A DNA stretch of 64,000 nucleotides, taken from the NCBI GenBank assembly GCA_965240325.2, contig OZ251233.1, forward strand, positions 1,550,001 to 1,614,000, read 5' to 3'. Source of the DNA: Rebecca billardiae RCC1528. Lineage: Eukaryota; Protista; Haptophyta. Below are positions 31,550 through 42,700 of this stretch, piece after piece (within the stretch, counting starts at the first letter, position 1; each line of letters opens with the position of its first letter). The notes beneath the pieces were generated by a model that saw only the letters and a program-made list of their open reading frames with translations, did no database searches and was not told the origin of the DNA. The position numbers were made by a program, and so were the translations under genes.

Positions 31550-34500
31550 ATGGAGCCCGGGGAGCTGGTGCAGGTGGACCGTCGCGTGGGCGTAGTGCTC
31601 GCGCGCGAGCCCAAGCGCGTGCGCGTGCGCTTCGAGGACGACGGCGCCGTCCTCCACGTGAGCGCGCGGCACACGGCGCAGCCGCGGTGCGCCACCGCCG
31701 CCGAGATCGAGGACGAGCGACTGTGGGTGGGCGCGGGCGTGGAGGCGCTCACGGGCGATGCGGGGGTGGCGAGCAGCACTGCCGAGGCGTGGGCGCCCGC
31801 CGTCCTGCGCGACGTCCGGCTTGTCGACGCCGCCGACGGTGAGGCGGCGGGCGGCGACACGAGCGCTGCGGGCGCGCGGCTAAGCGCCCTCCGCTTTCGT
31901 GTCGAGTTCGCGGGCGGCGCCGAGGCGTGGCGACGGGTGCACGAGGTGCGCCCCGCAGCGAGCGCACCGTCTGGAGCGCCCAAGCTGAGCGGCGCCGGGC
32001 GCGCCTCGCGCAGCAAGCAGCGAGCTCCGAGCCCGAGCCCGCAAGCCGCTGCGGTCGGGGCCAACGCAAAGGGTCGGGTGGCGCCCGCGGCCGTCGCGGA
32101 GCGTGGCGCCAAGCGGCCGGCAACGGCGCGCTCGAAGCGCAAGGCCGACGCAGCCGCACCGCCCGCGGCCGGCGAGCCGCCACCGCCTCGAGCCGAGGGC
32201 GCGGAAGACACCGGGGCGGCGGCGGGTGCCAGCGGGACGGCGGCTGTGGATGCGCGCGGCCGTGGCAAGCGCGCGGGCGGCGCGGCTGCGCTGCGCACGC
32301 TGACCACCGAGCAGATGGCCACGCCGTCCGCCGCGCCCGGCGCGGGCGGCGGCTCGAAGCGCAAGGCCACCGCGCCGCCCACCCCGCCGGCGGAGCCTGC
32401 GGCGGAGGCGGTCGGCGCCGCTTCAGCCGGCGCGCGCCGCGGGATTCGGCTCCCGGCGCGGCCCAAGGGCGCGGCGCGCGGCCGGGCCGGCGCCGCTGGC
32501 CGCGCGCTGCCCGCTGCGGCGGACAGCGACAGCAGCAGCGAGGGCGAGCCTGGCGCGGAGCCGGGCGCAGCGCCGGCCGACGCCGAGCCGGCCGACGCCG
32601 GCGCGCGCCCCGCGCCTCGCCAGTTTCGCATCGGCGGGCAGGCGGCGCTGCCTGGCGAGGGCGGCGCCGCCGGCGCCGTCGGCGCCGGCGCCGCCGGCGC
32701 GCAGCAGCAGCAGCCCGCGCCTCCCGCGCCGAGGCAGTTTCGCATCGGCGGGCAGGCTGCACTGCCCGGCGAGGGCGGCGCGGACGCGGCGGACGCCGGG
32801 CCGGCGCGCGGCGGTGGCGCCGCGTGGTGCGGCCCGTGGTCGACCGCGCGCGAGCTGCTGAGCAAGCGACGCGCCGCGGCGGCCGAGCGCGCTCAAGCGC
32901 TGGAGGAGGCGGGCTCGGGCGCGGCGGGTCCGCCGCATTCGGGGCAGCAGGAGCAGGCGTGGACGCCCGCGCGCAGCAAGCGCGCGCGCGCCGGTTCGCC
33001 GGCCGCGCCCGGGGCCCCCGCCGCGCCCGCGCGCCCGCTGCCCTCGCTCCGCCAGCTCGCCGTCGAGCTCGTCGCCATGCACATTGACGCCGTGCCGAGT
33101 TTCGGCGAATTGCCCGCGGCGGTGCTGCGGCCGCTGCAGGCCGAGCTTGCGAGGCGGCGCGCGCTCACGCCCGCCGCGGTGCAGCTGTTCGCCGAGGCGG
33201 GGGGGCAGTGCGGCGAGCTCGCGCTGGACGACTGCTGCCTGCTCACCGAGGTGCGCCGCCGCGCGGCGCCGAGACGCGCGCGCGTGCGTGCGCAATGCGT
33301 GGCGTCACTCGGCGGCGCGCCGGGCGCGTGCGTGCGCGCGCGCCCCGCGCGCGCGGCCGCGCGCTCGTCTCGCGGTCGGTGAGGGCCTCGCACGCGCCTT
33401 CCACGCGCCTCACGCGCGCGCTGGTATCCCCGCCCTGTCCGCGTGCGCGCGTGCACCCGCGCCGCGTCCTGTGTGCGTGGTGCGGTGCGTTCCGGTGTCC
33501 GGTGTCCGGTGGCATGTCCGGACTCTCGCGTGTCCGGTGTGCTCCCGGACTTTCGGCGTGCGCGGTCCGGTGTGTCCGGTGTGTCGCAGGAGGAGCTGCT
33601 GCCCGCGCTGCGGCTGCTGGGCGAGGGGCGCGCGCCGCTCAAGGTGCTCTGCCTCGGGAGCGCCGGCCGCGCCTTCACCGCCACCGTCGCGCGCGCGCTC
33701 TGCGGCGGCAGCGGCGGCATCGGCGGCGGCGGCGGCAGCGGCTCCAGCCCGACCGAGGCGGCCGTGCCGTGCGGCGCGCTCGAGCACCTCTCGCTGGGGG
33801 GCTGCTACAAGCTGCCCGCCGCCTCGCTCGTCGAGCTGCTCGGCTCGCCGCTCGGCGCGCGGCTGCGCACGCTGCAGCTCACCTACGCCCCGCAGCTCGG
33901 CCGCACCGTCACCGCGGCGATCGCGCGCGCGTGCGGCGCGCGGCTCGAGTCGCTCGCTCTTGACTACTGCGACGGCGTGGACGACGGCGCGCTCGCGGAG
34001 CTGGAGGGGTGCGTGGGGCTGCGCGAGCTCTCGCTGAGCGGGCTCCCGCGCGCGTCGGCGCAGGCGCTCGTGCAGCTGCTCGACCGGCTGGGCGGCGGCG
34101 GCGCCGACGGCTGCTGCCCCCTCGAGCTCCTGGCTCTGGCTGACAACGAGCAGCTGACGGCCGAGGCGGTGTGCGCGCTGGCCGCGCTCAGCCTCGGCCG
34201 CGTGCGCTCGCTCGACCTCTCCGGCGTGACGAAGCTGGACGACGCGGCGCTGCTGGCGGTGACGGAGGCGGCGCCGTGCCTCCGCCGGCTGCTGCTCCGC
34301 GGCTGCGCCGCGCTGAGCGACAGCTCTGTCCTCGCGCTGTGCGCGGCGCGCGGCGCAGGCCTCGTCGAGCTGAGCCTCAACGGCTGCTCAGCTCTGACTG
34401 ACGCGGTGCGCGCCGCGGCCGCGTCCTGCGCGTGCGCGTGCGTGCGCCGCGTGCCGTGCACCGCGGCAAGCGGCGCGCACCGCGTCGGCCGACCATGTGC

Positions 34501-35103
34501 CCCGCATGCTCGGCCGGCGGTGCGCGCCGCGTCGCCCGACTGTGCGGCCCGCGCATCGCACGCGCGCCGAGCGCCGCGCCGCGCGCCGCGCCGCGTGCGC
34601 TTGTGCTGCGCGGCGGCCATGGCCCTGGGTTCAGCCGCCCGGCTGCGCGGCGGCCATGCTGGCTCGCTCTCACACGCACCCCGCGCGCGCCGCCCGCCGC
34701 CCGCCGCCCGCCCGCGCCCGCGCGCGCGCAGGCCGCGCGCGCGCTCGAGCAGCACTGCGCGCGCTCGCTCATCCGCCTCGACCTGTCGTGGTGCCGCCGC
34801 GTGTCGGAGGATGCGCTCGGCCGGCTGGCGGACGCGTGCGCGGCGGGCGCGATGGGCGCGGCCGCGGAGCAGCGCGCGCGCTCGCACGAGGGCGAGGACG
34901 CGCCCGAGCCCGCCCTCTGCGTGTGGGGGCTCACGCAGCTGAGCGAGCGCTTCTATGACGGGCACTCGCTGCCGCCGGCCGTGCTGGTGGGCGCGGCGGA
35001 CTGCCGCCAGCTGCAGGCTGGGCGCGCGCCGCCCGCCCTCGGCCTTGGCGGCACACACTGGTCGGTGCGCGTGCGCGCGACCACGAGCGCAACGGCGGCC
35101 TGA
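31550..35103 (+). CDS. Rad7-like LRR protein with N-terminal Tudor/SH3-like modules, 3 exons: 31550-33250, 33590-34405, 34732-35103
   Basis: WCGPWSTA motif, LPSLRQLAVELV...FGELP segment and AMN1/RNI-type LRRs (LEHLSLGGC, LESLALDYC, LIRLDLSWCRRVSEDALG). Phase-0 GT..AG introns at 33251-33589 and 34406-34731. Confidence 0.75.
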
Positions 35104-35303
35104 GGCTATGGAGGCGCTGGCCGACACGGTCTGCGCCATGTACGTGGCCGACGTGATGACCACTAACTACTGCCTGCGCTGAGTCTTATTGGCGGGCAGT
35201 GAGTGCTGCTGCCTGAGCGCACGAGCCCCGGAGCTCGCGCAGCGGCGCAGCGCCGCCACCACGCGCCAACCGGCGACCGTGTGGCGTGTCACAGCACTAC
35301 CGC

Positions 35304-35464
35304 AGACAGTGCCGCAGAGTCTCAGGCCGTTCAGTCCGTAGTTGGCAGAGCTACAGAGCGGAGAGCCGCACGGCCGGCGACTGGCGCGAGTTGAATGTTT
35401 ATCGCGCAGCTCCGTGCTCCGGACGATCGAGTCTGAGCAGCAGTCTCTAGCTCTCCAAGCTCGA
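35304..35464 (+). repeat. Dispersed 3'-flank repeat, copy B (161 bp = copy A plus six insertions)
   Basis: Aligns to the reverse complement of 30636-30772 with no substitutions. Confidence 0.9.
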
Positions 35465-35549
35465 GCTACGATATGACATATAAATAAGTGATCGAGGCTC
35501 GACGAGCGTCCGAGCGACGCCGCTCGGCGCCGGGTCACGGGTGCCACAG

Positions 35550-37139
35550 CTAGTCTGCTTCGACGGCAGGTGCCGCCGCTGAGACTGAGTCGGCTTCCGC
35601 CGCCGCAGCGGCCTTGCGCTCTTCCGCCCAGGCGCCGCAGCACTGCTTATGGTGCTTCTTCCACGCCAGCCGCATGCAGTCAAGGTCGCAGAACACCGCC
35701 ACGTCGCACGAGGCGCACCTGCGCTTGGCCGTCTTGCGCCCGCACGCGGTGCAGATCGTCCGCGCCACCGCCTGGTGGCGCGCCGCCTTCTCCCAGAGCA
35801 GGCGCGTCGCCTCGTCCACGTCCTGCTGGGAGAAGTGCTGCGAGCGCCACTCGGCGTGGATCGCGCGCATGAGGCACATCGCGACGAGCCGCGGCTCCTG
35901 CAGCTCGCCCTGCTCCTCGCCCGCCTGGCTGAACATGCCGAAGTAGTCCATCGCCAGCATCGTGTTTGCCTTCTGGTGCCATTGCTCGGCGGCCGCGCGG
36001 CACCAGTGGCGCCGGAGCTCGCGCTGGTCGGGCTGGTCGCCGCCAGCGGCGTACTCGGTGGCCGCCAGGAACTGCGCGGTCACGTCGCCCGCCTCCGCGG
36101 CTTGCAGCAGGTACGGCAGGGCCCGCTCCGGCTCGGGCCGGATCCCCGCGTGCCCGCCCTTCCTATGCGCCAGGAACAGGTCCACCTGCGCGCGCGCCGA
36201 GCCGTTCTCGGCCGCGCGCTCCAGGAACATGGCGCTCTCGGCCGCGTCTGGCTCGAGCAGGATGAAGGCGGGATCCTCGATCGTGCCCTTGTGGTGCGGG
36301 GGCAGCCTGTCTTTGTACGCCGGGTTGAGCTGCCGCGCCAGCACGTACTGCGCCGTCGCGCTCGGCACCTCCGCGCCCACGGCCTGGCGGAGCAGCTCGC
36401 GCAGCGCCCTCCGCGTGTCGCGCGGCGTGCCGGGGCCGGCGTGCTTGCCCAGCCACGAGACGAGGACGTAGCCCGCCTCGCCCAGGCCCGCGGCCAGAGC
36501 CCTGCGCGCCCAGTACTCCGCCCGTGCCACGTCCTGCGCCACGCCGTCCCCGTGCCGCAGCCGGTGCGCCAGCTGGAGCATCGCGTCGCGGTCCCCTCGC
36601 TCCGCGCCGCGCCGGTAGAGCTCGGCGCTCTCCTCCGCATCGGGGGCGAGCTCGGCGAGCCGGGCCTCCGCGGTGGCGTCGCCCTTGCGCGCGGCGCGGC
36701 GGTACCACTTCTTCGCGCCGGCCAGGTCCTTGGGCACGCCGTGGCCACGCTCCTGGCACTGCGCCCAGGGCTTCATGGCTTGGGGGTCGCCCGCCTCGGC
36801 AAACTGCCGAAAGATGTGCGCGGCGGCCTCGTAGTCCTCGGGCGTGCCGATGCCGTCATACAGCGCGGTGGCAAGCGCGAATCGGGCCGCCGGCAACTGC
36901 GGCGCGAGCTTCTCCAGCATCACGAACGCCAGCCTCTCGTCCTTCTCCACGCCGCCGGCGCCAATCTGGAACGTGGCCGCGAGCATGAGCTTCGCGTCCA
37001 GGTCGCCCGCAGCGGCCTGGCGGCGCACGTCGGCCAGCTCCTCGGGCGTGATTGTGTCCAGGCTCACCTCTTCTCCAGAGCTGCTGTCCCCGCCCGCACC
37101 CGTGCGCGGGCGCGGGCGGAGGTTCGGCTGGCGCGGCAT
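35550..37139 (-). CDS. SEL1-repeat protein with C-terminal MYND zinc finger
   Basis: GHGVPKDLAGAKKWYRRAARKGD-type SEL1 repeats and CTACG...CASC....FC..DCMRLAWKKHHKQC. Confidence 0.9.
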   Translation of the reverse strand: MPRQPNLRPRPRTGAGGDSSSGEEVSLDTITPEELADVRRQAAAGDLDAKLMLAATFQIGAGGVEKDERLAFVMLEKLAPQLPAARFALATALYDGIGTPEDYEAAAHIFRQFAEAGDPQAMKPWAQCQERGHGVPKDLAGAKKWYRRAARKGDATAEARLAELAPDAEESAELYRRGAERGDRDAMLQLAHRLRHGDGVAQDVARAEYWARRALAAGLGEAGYVLVSWLGKHAGPGTPRDTRRALRELLRQAVGAEVPSATAQYVLARQLNPAYKDRLPPHHKGTIEDPAFILLEPDAAESAMFLERAAENGSARAQVDLFLAHRKGGHAGIRPEPERALPYLLQAAEAGDVTAQFLAATEYAAGGDQPDQRELRRHWCRAAAEQWHQKANTMLAMDYFGMFSQAGEEQGELQEPRLVAMCLMRAIHAEWRSQHFSQQDVDEATRLLWEKAARHQAVARTICTACGRKTAKRRCASCDVAVFCDLDCMRLAWKKHHKQCCGAWAEERKAAAAAEADSVSAAAPAVEAD

Positions 37140-37377
37140 AGTTGTCAGCGGCGAGGAGCCGACGACGACCTGGGAGTTCGGTCAGTCGGTCACGGCCCGA
37201 TTCCCTCACGCCTGGACTCGGCCCGAACCGGTACGACCGGACCGAACCGGCCACGACTGCTCGGTCTCGGATGAATCCTACTTTGTAACTACCCATATTC
37301 CACAATCACACGCACGTCCTGTGACGGTGTTATGACAGTCTCAAGACTCTCAAACTGTCTCAGCTCGCGCTACCTCG

Positions 37378-39309
37378 CTACCTGCCAGTGTCACGGTCCC
37401 GACCCGTCGGTCCTGCCGGCACGTTTGGCACCGACGGTGCCGCGCGCCCAGCCTGCGGCGCCGCGTCTACGTAACCCGCCGTGCGCGCCGCGGCGCTGGC
37501 GGCCGCTGCCCGCTGCTGCTGCACCAGCTGCTGCTGCACCTGCAGCTGCTGCTGCATCTGCATCTGCTGCTGCTGCAGCAGCTGCTGCTTGCGCGTGTTG
37601 GCCACGTGGTGCATCGGCACGGGCGCGCTCATCGCGCGCGCGATCGCGGGGTTGTGGTGCGATGTGGTGATGCGCGCGCTTGGCTCCCAGCGCGGGGGCT
37701 GCGGCTGCTGCACGAAGTGCGAGCGGGCGGCTCCACGCGCGCCTGCCGCCTCCGCCGCGCGCGCGGCGAATGCCGCCGCCTCGACCGTGAGCAGCTGCCT
37801 CGGGCCGCCCGCGGCCGCGCCGAGCGGCCCCGCCGCGCCCAGGCCGAGGCTGTCATCGGCAAGCGCAGCGCGCAGCTGCTGCTGCTGCTGCTGCGCGGAG
37901 GCGGGGACGACGCCCTCCCTCTGCAGCCGCTCGACGAGCACCGACTGCTCCGTCGCCGCGCGCGGCGCGCGCGTGATCGCCACCTTCAGCGCGTCCGGCA
38001 TCATCGGCTTCAGGTAGGAGTTTCCGCCATGGCCGCCCGGCCGTCGCCCCGCGTCGTGCTGAATCACGACCTCGTCCGGGTCGAAGACGTCGACGGTGAC
38101 GCCGCGGACGACGCGGGTGCGCTGCATCACGGGGAGGTAGGTGGGCGGGAGCCAGTCGAACGCCACGTCCGGCCGCTCCGAGAACCCCGCCTCCGCCCAC
38201 ACCAGGTCGAGCATCTGGTCATCGGGCGCCAGCATGTTGTAGCCAGTCGACTGCGCGCGCGCCCACGCGCGCGCCACGTCGCGCGCGCCCGCGGTGGCGT
38301 TGAGGAAGACGACGCCGCTCGCGGCCTTGAGCCGCGGCCGGCCGTTGGGCAGGCGCACGTTCGCCGAGCCCTGCCAGTTGAACACGCGCACGTCCGCGCC
38401 CGCGCGCCCCTCGTCCGCCACGCCGTCGCGCGCGAAGAGCGCCGGGAATTGCAAGAAAGTCATGTCCACGTCGACGTAGGCCATCGGCAGCGCGAGCGCG
38501 TGCATCGCGACGAGCATGGCGATGGGCTTGAGCGCGATGGCGAGGAAGCGCGCGCGCTGCGGCGCCTCCCCCTTCCTGCTGAGCGAGCCCCGCCCGCCCT
38601 TGCCCGAGTTGTACCACACGCCATGCTGGCGAAGCACCTCCTCCGGGACCTCGTCCAGGAAGTGCTCGGTGGCGACCTTCTCGAGCTCGGCCCAGTCGAG
38701 GTGCATGGGCAGGCAGCAGATGGCGTGCGCCTCGCACGAGGTGAGCAGCCGCTCGAGCGCCGCGCCGTAGTTCCCCTCCGAGCGCTCCGTGTCCGCGTAC
38801 ACGGTCACCACCACAAAGTCGCGACTTGTGTGCGGCGGGCAGTCTGACAGCGACGGCGGCTTGAGCACGCGCGAGAACCACGGCGGGACGGCTGCGCGCG
38901 CCGTCTCCGCGTCCATGCCGGGGTAGTCCGGCGATAACCTCCCGTCCACGCCGGGGAGCAGCCGCGCCGGCGGAGACAGCGGCGGCCGCGCGTCGTCCGC
39001 GTCGGCAATGTGCGCTCGCGGGTAGGCAGCGCTTGCCGGCGGCAGCGAGCTCGCGAGCGGCCAGCCCACTGCGAGCGGCGGGGCGAACGAGCGGATCAGG
39101 CGGAAGCAGACGAGCACGAGTGCCAGCAGCCCCAGCCCGCGCGACACCCGCGCGCCGCCTCTGCTGATCACCACCGCAGGCACGACCGCGGGCGTTCGTC
39201 TCCGGCCCAGCTTTGGCGAGTCTGGCGCCGGCGCGCACGCGGGCGCGAGGTCGTCGATGGCGACGATGCAGTGCTCCTCAGGGCCAGCGTTGGTGATCCG
39301 TGAGCGCAT
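37378..39309 (-). CDS. Type II membrane glycosyltransferase (GT-A, nucleotide-diphospho-sugar transferase-like) with polyQ tail
   Basis: TM anchor, LKP..ML, YVDVD (DxD), SGVVFLNAT and DDQMLD motifs. Confidence 0.7.
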   Translation of the reverse strand: MRSRITNAGPEEHCIVAIDDLAPACAPAPDSPKLGRRRTPAVVPAVVISRGGARVSRGLGLLALVLVCFRLIRSFAPPLAVGWPLASSLPPASAAYPRAHIADADDARPPLSPPARLLPGVDGRLSPDYPGMDAETARAAVPPWFSRVLKPPSLSDCPPHTSRDFVVVTVYADTERSEGNYGAALERLLTSCEAHAICCLPMHLDWAELEKVATEHFLDEVPEEVLRQHGVWYNSGKGGRGSLSRKGEAPQRARFLAIALKPIAMLVAMHALALPMAYVDVDMTFLQFPALFARDGVADEGRAGADVRVFNWQGSANVRLPNGRPRLKAASGVVFLNATAGARDVARAWARAQSTGYNMLAPDDQMLDLVWAEAGFSERPDVAFDWLPPTYLPVMQRTRVVRGVTVDVFDPDEVVIQHDAGRRPGGHGGNSYLKPMMPDALKVAITRAPRAATEQSVLVERLQREGVVPASAQQQQQQLRAALADDSLGLGAAGPLGAAAGGPRQLLTVEAAAFAARAAEAAGARGAARSHFVQQPQPPRWEPSARITTSHHNPAIARAMSAPVPMHHVANTRKQQLLQQQQMQMQQQLQVQQQLVQQQRAAAASAAARTAGYVDAAPQAGRAAPSVPNVPAGPTGRDRDTGR

Positions 39310-39797
39310 CCGCGCTCGCCCATGGGAACTCACCGCGCTCCGCACCGCCCTCCCACGCCAACGTGGCGCAGGGGCAGCGCGAGAGCAGGTGAGATCCTCC
39401 CGGCGATCAGGGCGCAGAAGATGGGCGCGCACCGAGGCGTCCTATGAGCTCGCGCCGCGAGCCCTATTCACCAGCCGCGCCGGCGTACCCGCGGCGCGCA
39501 TAGGAAGCACCCTGGGAAATGTGGGCTTACTTATTGGCGCGAGGAATGATCCACACCCAACCGCTCGGGCCCGCGCCGGCGCGGCCCGGACCGAGCCAAC
39601 TCGCAAGACCGTTTCGTTCCGGTACTGGAACGCGCTTCGTCAACGAGAACGGGCGGTGACCAAAATCTGCATGGCCGGACCATTTGCCGGACTCTGGATC
39701 CTGCCGAGCGCCGAGCGGCAGCCCTCCCCGTCCGGTCCGGAGGCCAAGTGCGCTTTGCTTGGTCTGATGCATGCACCGCGCGCCGGCCACGCCGACC

Positions 39798-42700
39798 CTA
39801 GCGCGGCGAGCCCTCGCCGACGCGCCGCATGCTGTACTGCACGAGAAAGACGGGCAGCCAGCGCTCGCGCTCGAGCACGCCCACCTGCGGCGCGCCGCCG
39901 CCCTCGGGCGCGTGCCGGCCGCATGCCGCGCACGCGCCGCGCGCAAACGCGACAGCGGTCGCGCCGGCGGGCACGCGCTCGCGCTCGGCGGCGCCGGCGG
40001 TGCGCGCGGCCCAGCACTGCGCGCACGTGTCGAGCGCATACGCGCGGCCGGGCACGGCGAGCGCGAGCACGACGCGCCACGACGCGGCGCGCAGGCCGGC
40101 CGCGCGCTCGCGCAGCCACGCGCGGCCCTCCTCCGAGCGCGCGTCCGCGTGTCCCGCCTCGGCAGCAAGGTGAGCCCACATGTGCGCGGCGCACGCGGCG
40201 TGCAGCCCCTTCGAGAGCACGACGCTCTCGTCCCCGAGCGCCGCGCGCCCCGCGCCACCCGCCGCCGACGCGCGCACGATCTCCCCGAGCCGAGATAGCC
40301 CGCCGCCCACGAAGCCGAGCTGCGGGCTGCCGAGCCGTCGCAGCGCGGCGAGCGAAGGCGCGTCGACCAGCGGGAGCACGCGCTGCGCCGTGTAGGCCCA
40401 CTCGCCCGCCCCGCCCTGCGCGCGCAGCAGCGCGCCCACCGCGGCGTGCGCGGGCGAGCCCGGCCGCAGCTCGTTGAAGTGCCGCTCGCGCTCGTGCGCG
40501 CCGCCTGACGCGGCGGCGCACAGCGCGGCGGCGGCCATCACTGCCGCCTCGGCGGGCGGCGGCGTGCGCGGCGGCGCGGGCGAGCGCTCGCGCACCGCCG
40601 GACTGCCCGGCGAGGCGCCCGCGGCCTCGAGCGCGCGCGCGCGCAGCTGCGGCGGCGAGCGCGAGAGCGCGCGCTCCTTGGCAGCAGCATGCAGCTCAGT
40701 CGGCAGCCCGGCGGCCGCGCGCCCGCCGCGCTCGCGCAGCGCGAGCTCGAGCAGCTCGCCCTCCAGCGCGCCCGCCTCCGCCTCGGCCGCGGCGCTCGCC
40801 GCGTTGAGCGGCGGCGCGCGCTCGAGCCAGGGCTCGTCCAAGCCGGCCAGGGCATCCGCCTCCGCGCCGCCGCCGCCGCCGCCGCCGCCGCCGAGCGCGC
40901 CCACGCGCGGCGGCAGCGGCGTCCACGGGCTGAAAACACCCGGACTGGCAAGGGACGGGCTGAGTCCGGGTGGCGCGCTGAGTCCGGGTGGCGCGCTGAG
41001 TCCTGGTGGCGCGCTGAGTCCTGCTGGCGCGGCGATGGGCGAGGGCACGTGCGCCGCGCGCGCCGCGCTGCCGTGCGCGGGCGCGGAGGTCGGCTGCTCG
41101 GTGGCCGCCGGCTGCGCGGGCGCGAGCGGCGACCACGCGCCCCCGCCGGCCGCGCTCGCGCAACCGCCAGCGCAACCGCCAGCGCAACCGCCAGCGTAAC
41201 CGTCAGCGTAACCGCCAGCGTAACCGCCACCGCTCGGGAGGCCGGCGGCGATGCGGCGCGCTCGAGCCGCCGCCGTCGTCCCGGGCGTGTGCCGCGGCGG
41301 CGCCGCGGCGGCGGGCGGCGTGGGCAGTCGCACGCCCGGCGCTCCGCCGCTCCGCACGGCCGGGCTGGCGCTCGCGCGCGCGACGGCCGACGGGCTGCCG
41401 GCTGCCTCCCCGCGCGTGGGCGGCGGCACGTGCGCCAGGCCGGCGCGCCGCCCGCTCGGCGGGTCGGCTCCACGCACCGGCCGCCACGCCGGCCGCTCCC
41501 CGAGCGAGGTGGGCGGCGGTGGCGAGAGCGAAGCTGCGCGTGGCGGGCTCCGCCGCTCGGCCGCGAGCGCGCCGCCAGGCGGCGAGCGTGAGCGTCCGCG
41601 TCCGCGTCCGCTGCCACTGCGCGCGGCGAGCGCCACGGCCGCCCGCCGCGAGCCGCCGCCATCGTCGTCAGCCCTGTCCACCTCTGCGGCCCGCGCGCGC
41701 CGCCGCGGCTGCATGACTGCACGCGCGGCCGCCTCGGCCGCCGCCCAGTCCACCGCGCTGCCGTCGGCGTCGCGCGCCGACGCGCTGCTCACCGCGCCGG
41801 CGCGCGCGCGGCGCGGCACATCATCCTCGCCGGAGGACGAGCCGCCGGCGCCGCCCGCGCGGAGCGCGCGCCGTTCGAAGCCGGCGGCGGCGCGCGCGGC
41901 CCTGCTGCCGCCGCCGCCGCCGCCGCCAAGCTCGGTGCTCGCTGCCGGCGTGCGCGGCGCGCGGCCGGGCCGGCGGGCGGTTGGTGCCTCCTGGCCGCGC
42001 GGCCCCGGGGGCGAGGCGCCGCGCTGCCGCGCGCGCAGCCCGCCGCCGGCTCGGCGCGCCGACGCGCCGCGCCCGCGCGCTCGCCCCGCCGCCGCCTCTG
42101 CCTCCTCCTCTGCAGCTAAGTCATCGGAGCCATCCTCGCCGTCGCTGTCGCCGCCGCCGTCGTCGTCGTCGTCGGAGTCGTCGGAGTCGTCGTCGTCATC
42201 AGACGCCGCACGCCGTTCGCTCTCGCGCTCCTCGCCGCTGTCGGCGCCGCCTCGATCGGCGCTGCTGCCACCGCTCCCGCCGCCCTCGCCGCCCTCGCCG
42301 CCCGTGCCCACCGCATGGCGCCCTCCGCGCCGCGCGCTCCGCGCCGCGGCGCCGGCGTGCGCGCGCGGCGCGCTGAGCCCCGGGGTCAGAGTCTGGAGAG
42401 CGCGCGCGCGCGCCGCGCCGGCGGGCGAGGGCGGCCATGGCGGCGGTGGCGGCGGCGGCTGCACGTCCTCAGCCGCCTCGGCCGCGGTGGCGCGGCGCTC
42501 GCCCGGCCCGAGCGCTGCGCCACTCGGCAGCAGCTGGTGAGCGCCGCTGGCCGCCGGCGGCTCGCCCGCGCCCGCGCCCGCGCCGGCCGCGCGCATCGCC
42601 GCGGCCAGCGCGCCCTCAGCGCGCGCGAGCGCGACCGCGTCTGCGTCGGCGTCGGCGCCGGCGGCCTCGCCCTCGGGGCCGCCCGCTGCCGTCGAGGCGA

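Noticed and set aside
33485-33585. GTGTCCG tandem repeats as a telomere-like or regulatory array
   Set aside because: A short degenerate minisatellite wholly inside intron 1 of the Rad7-like gene.
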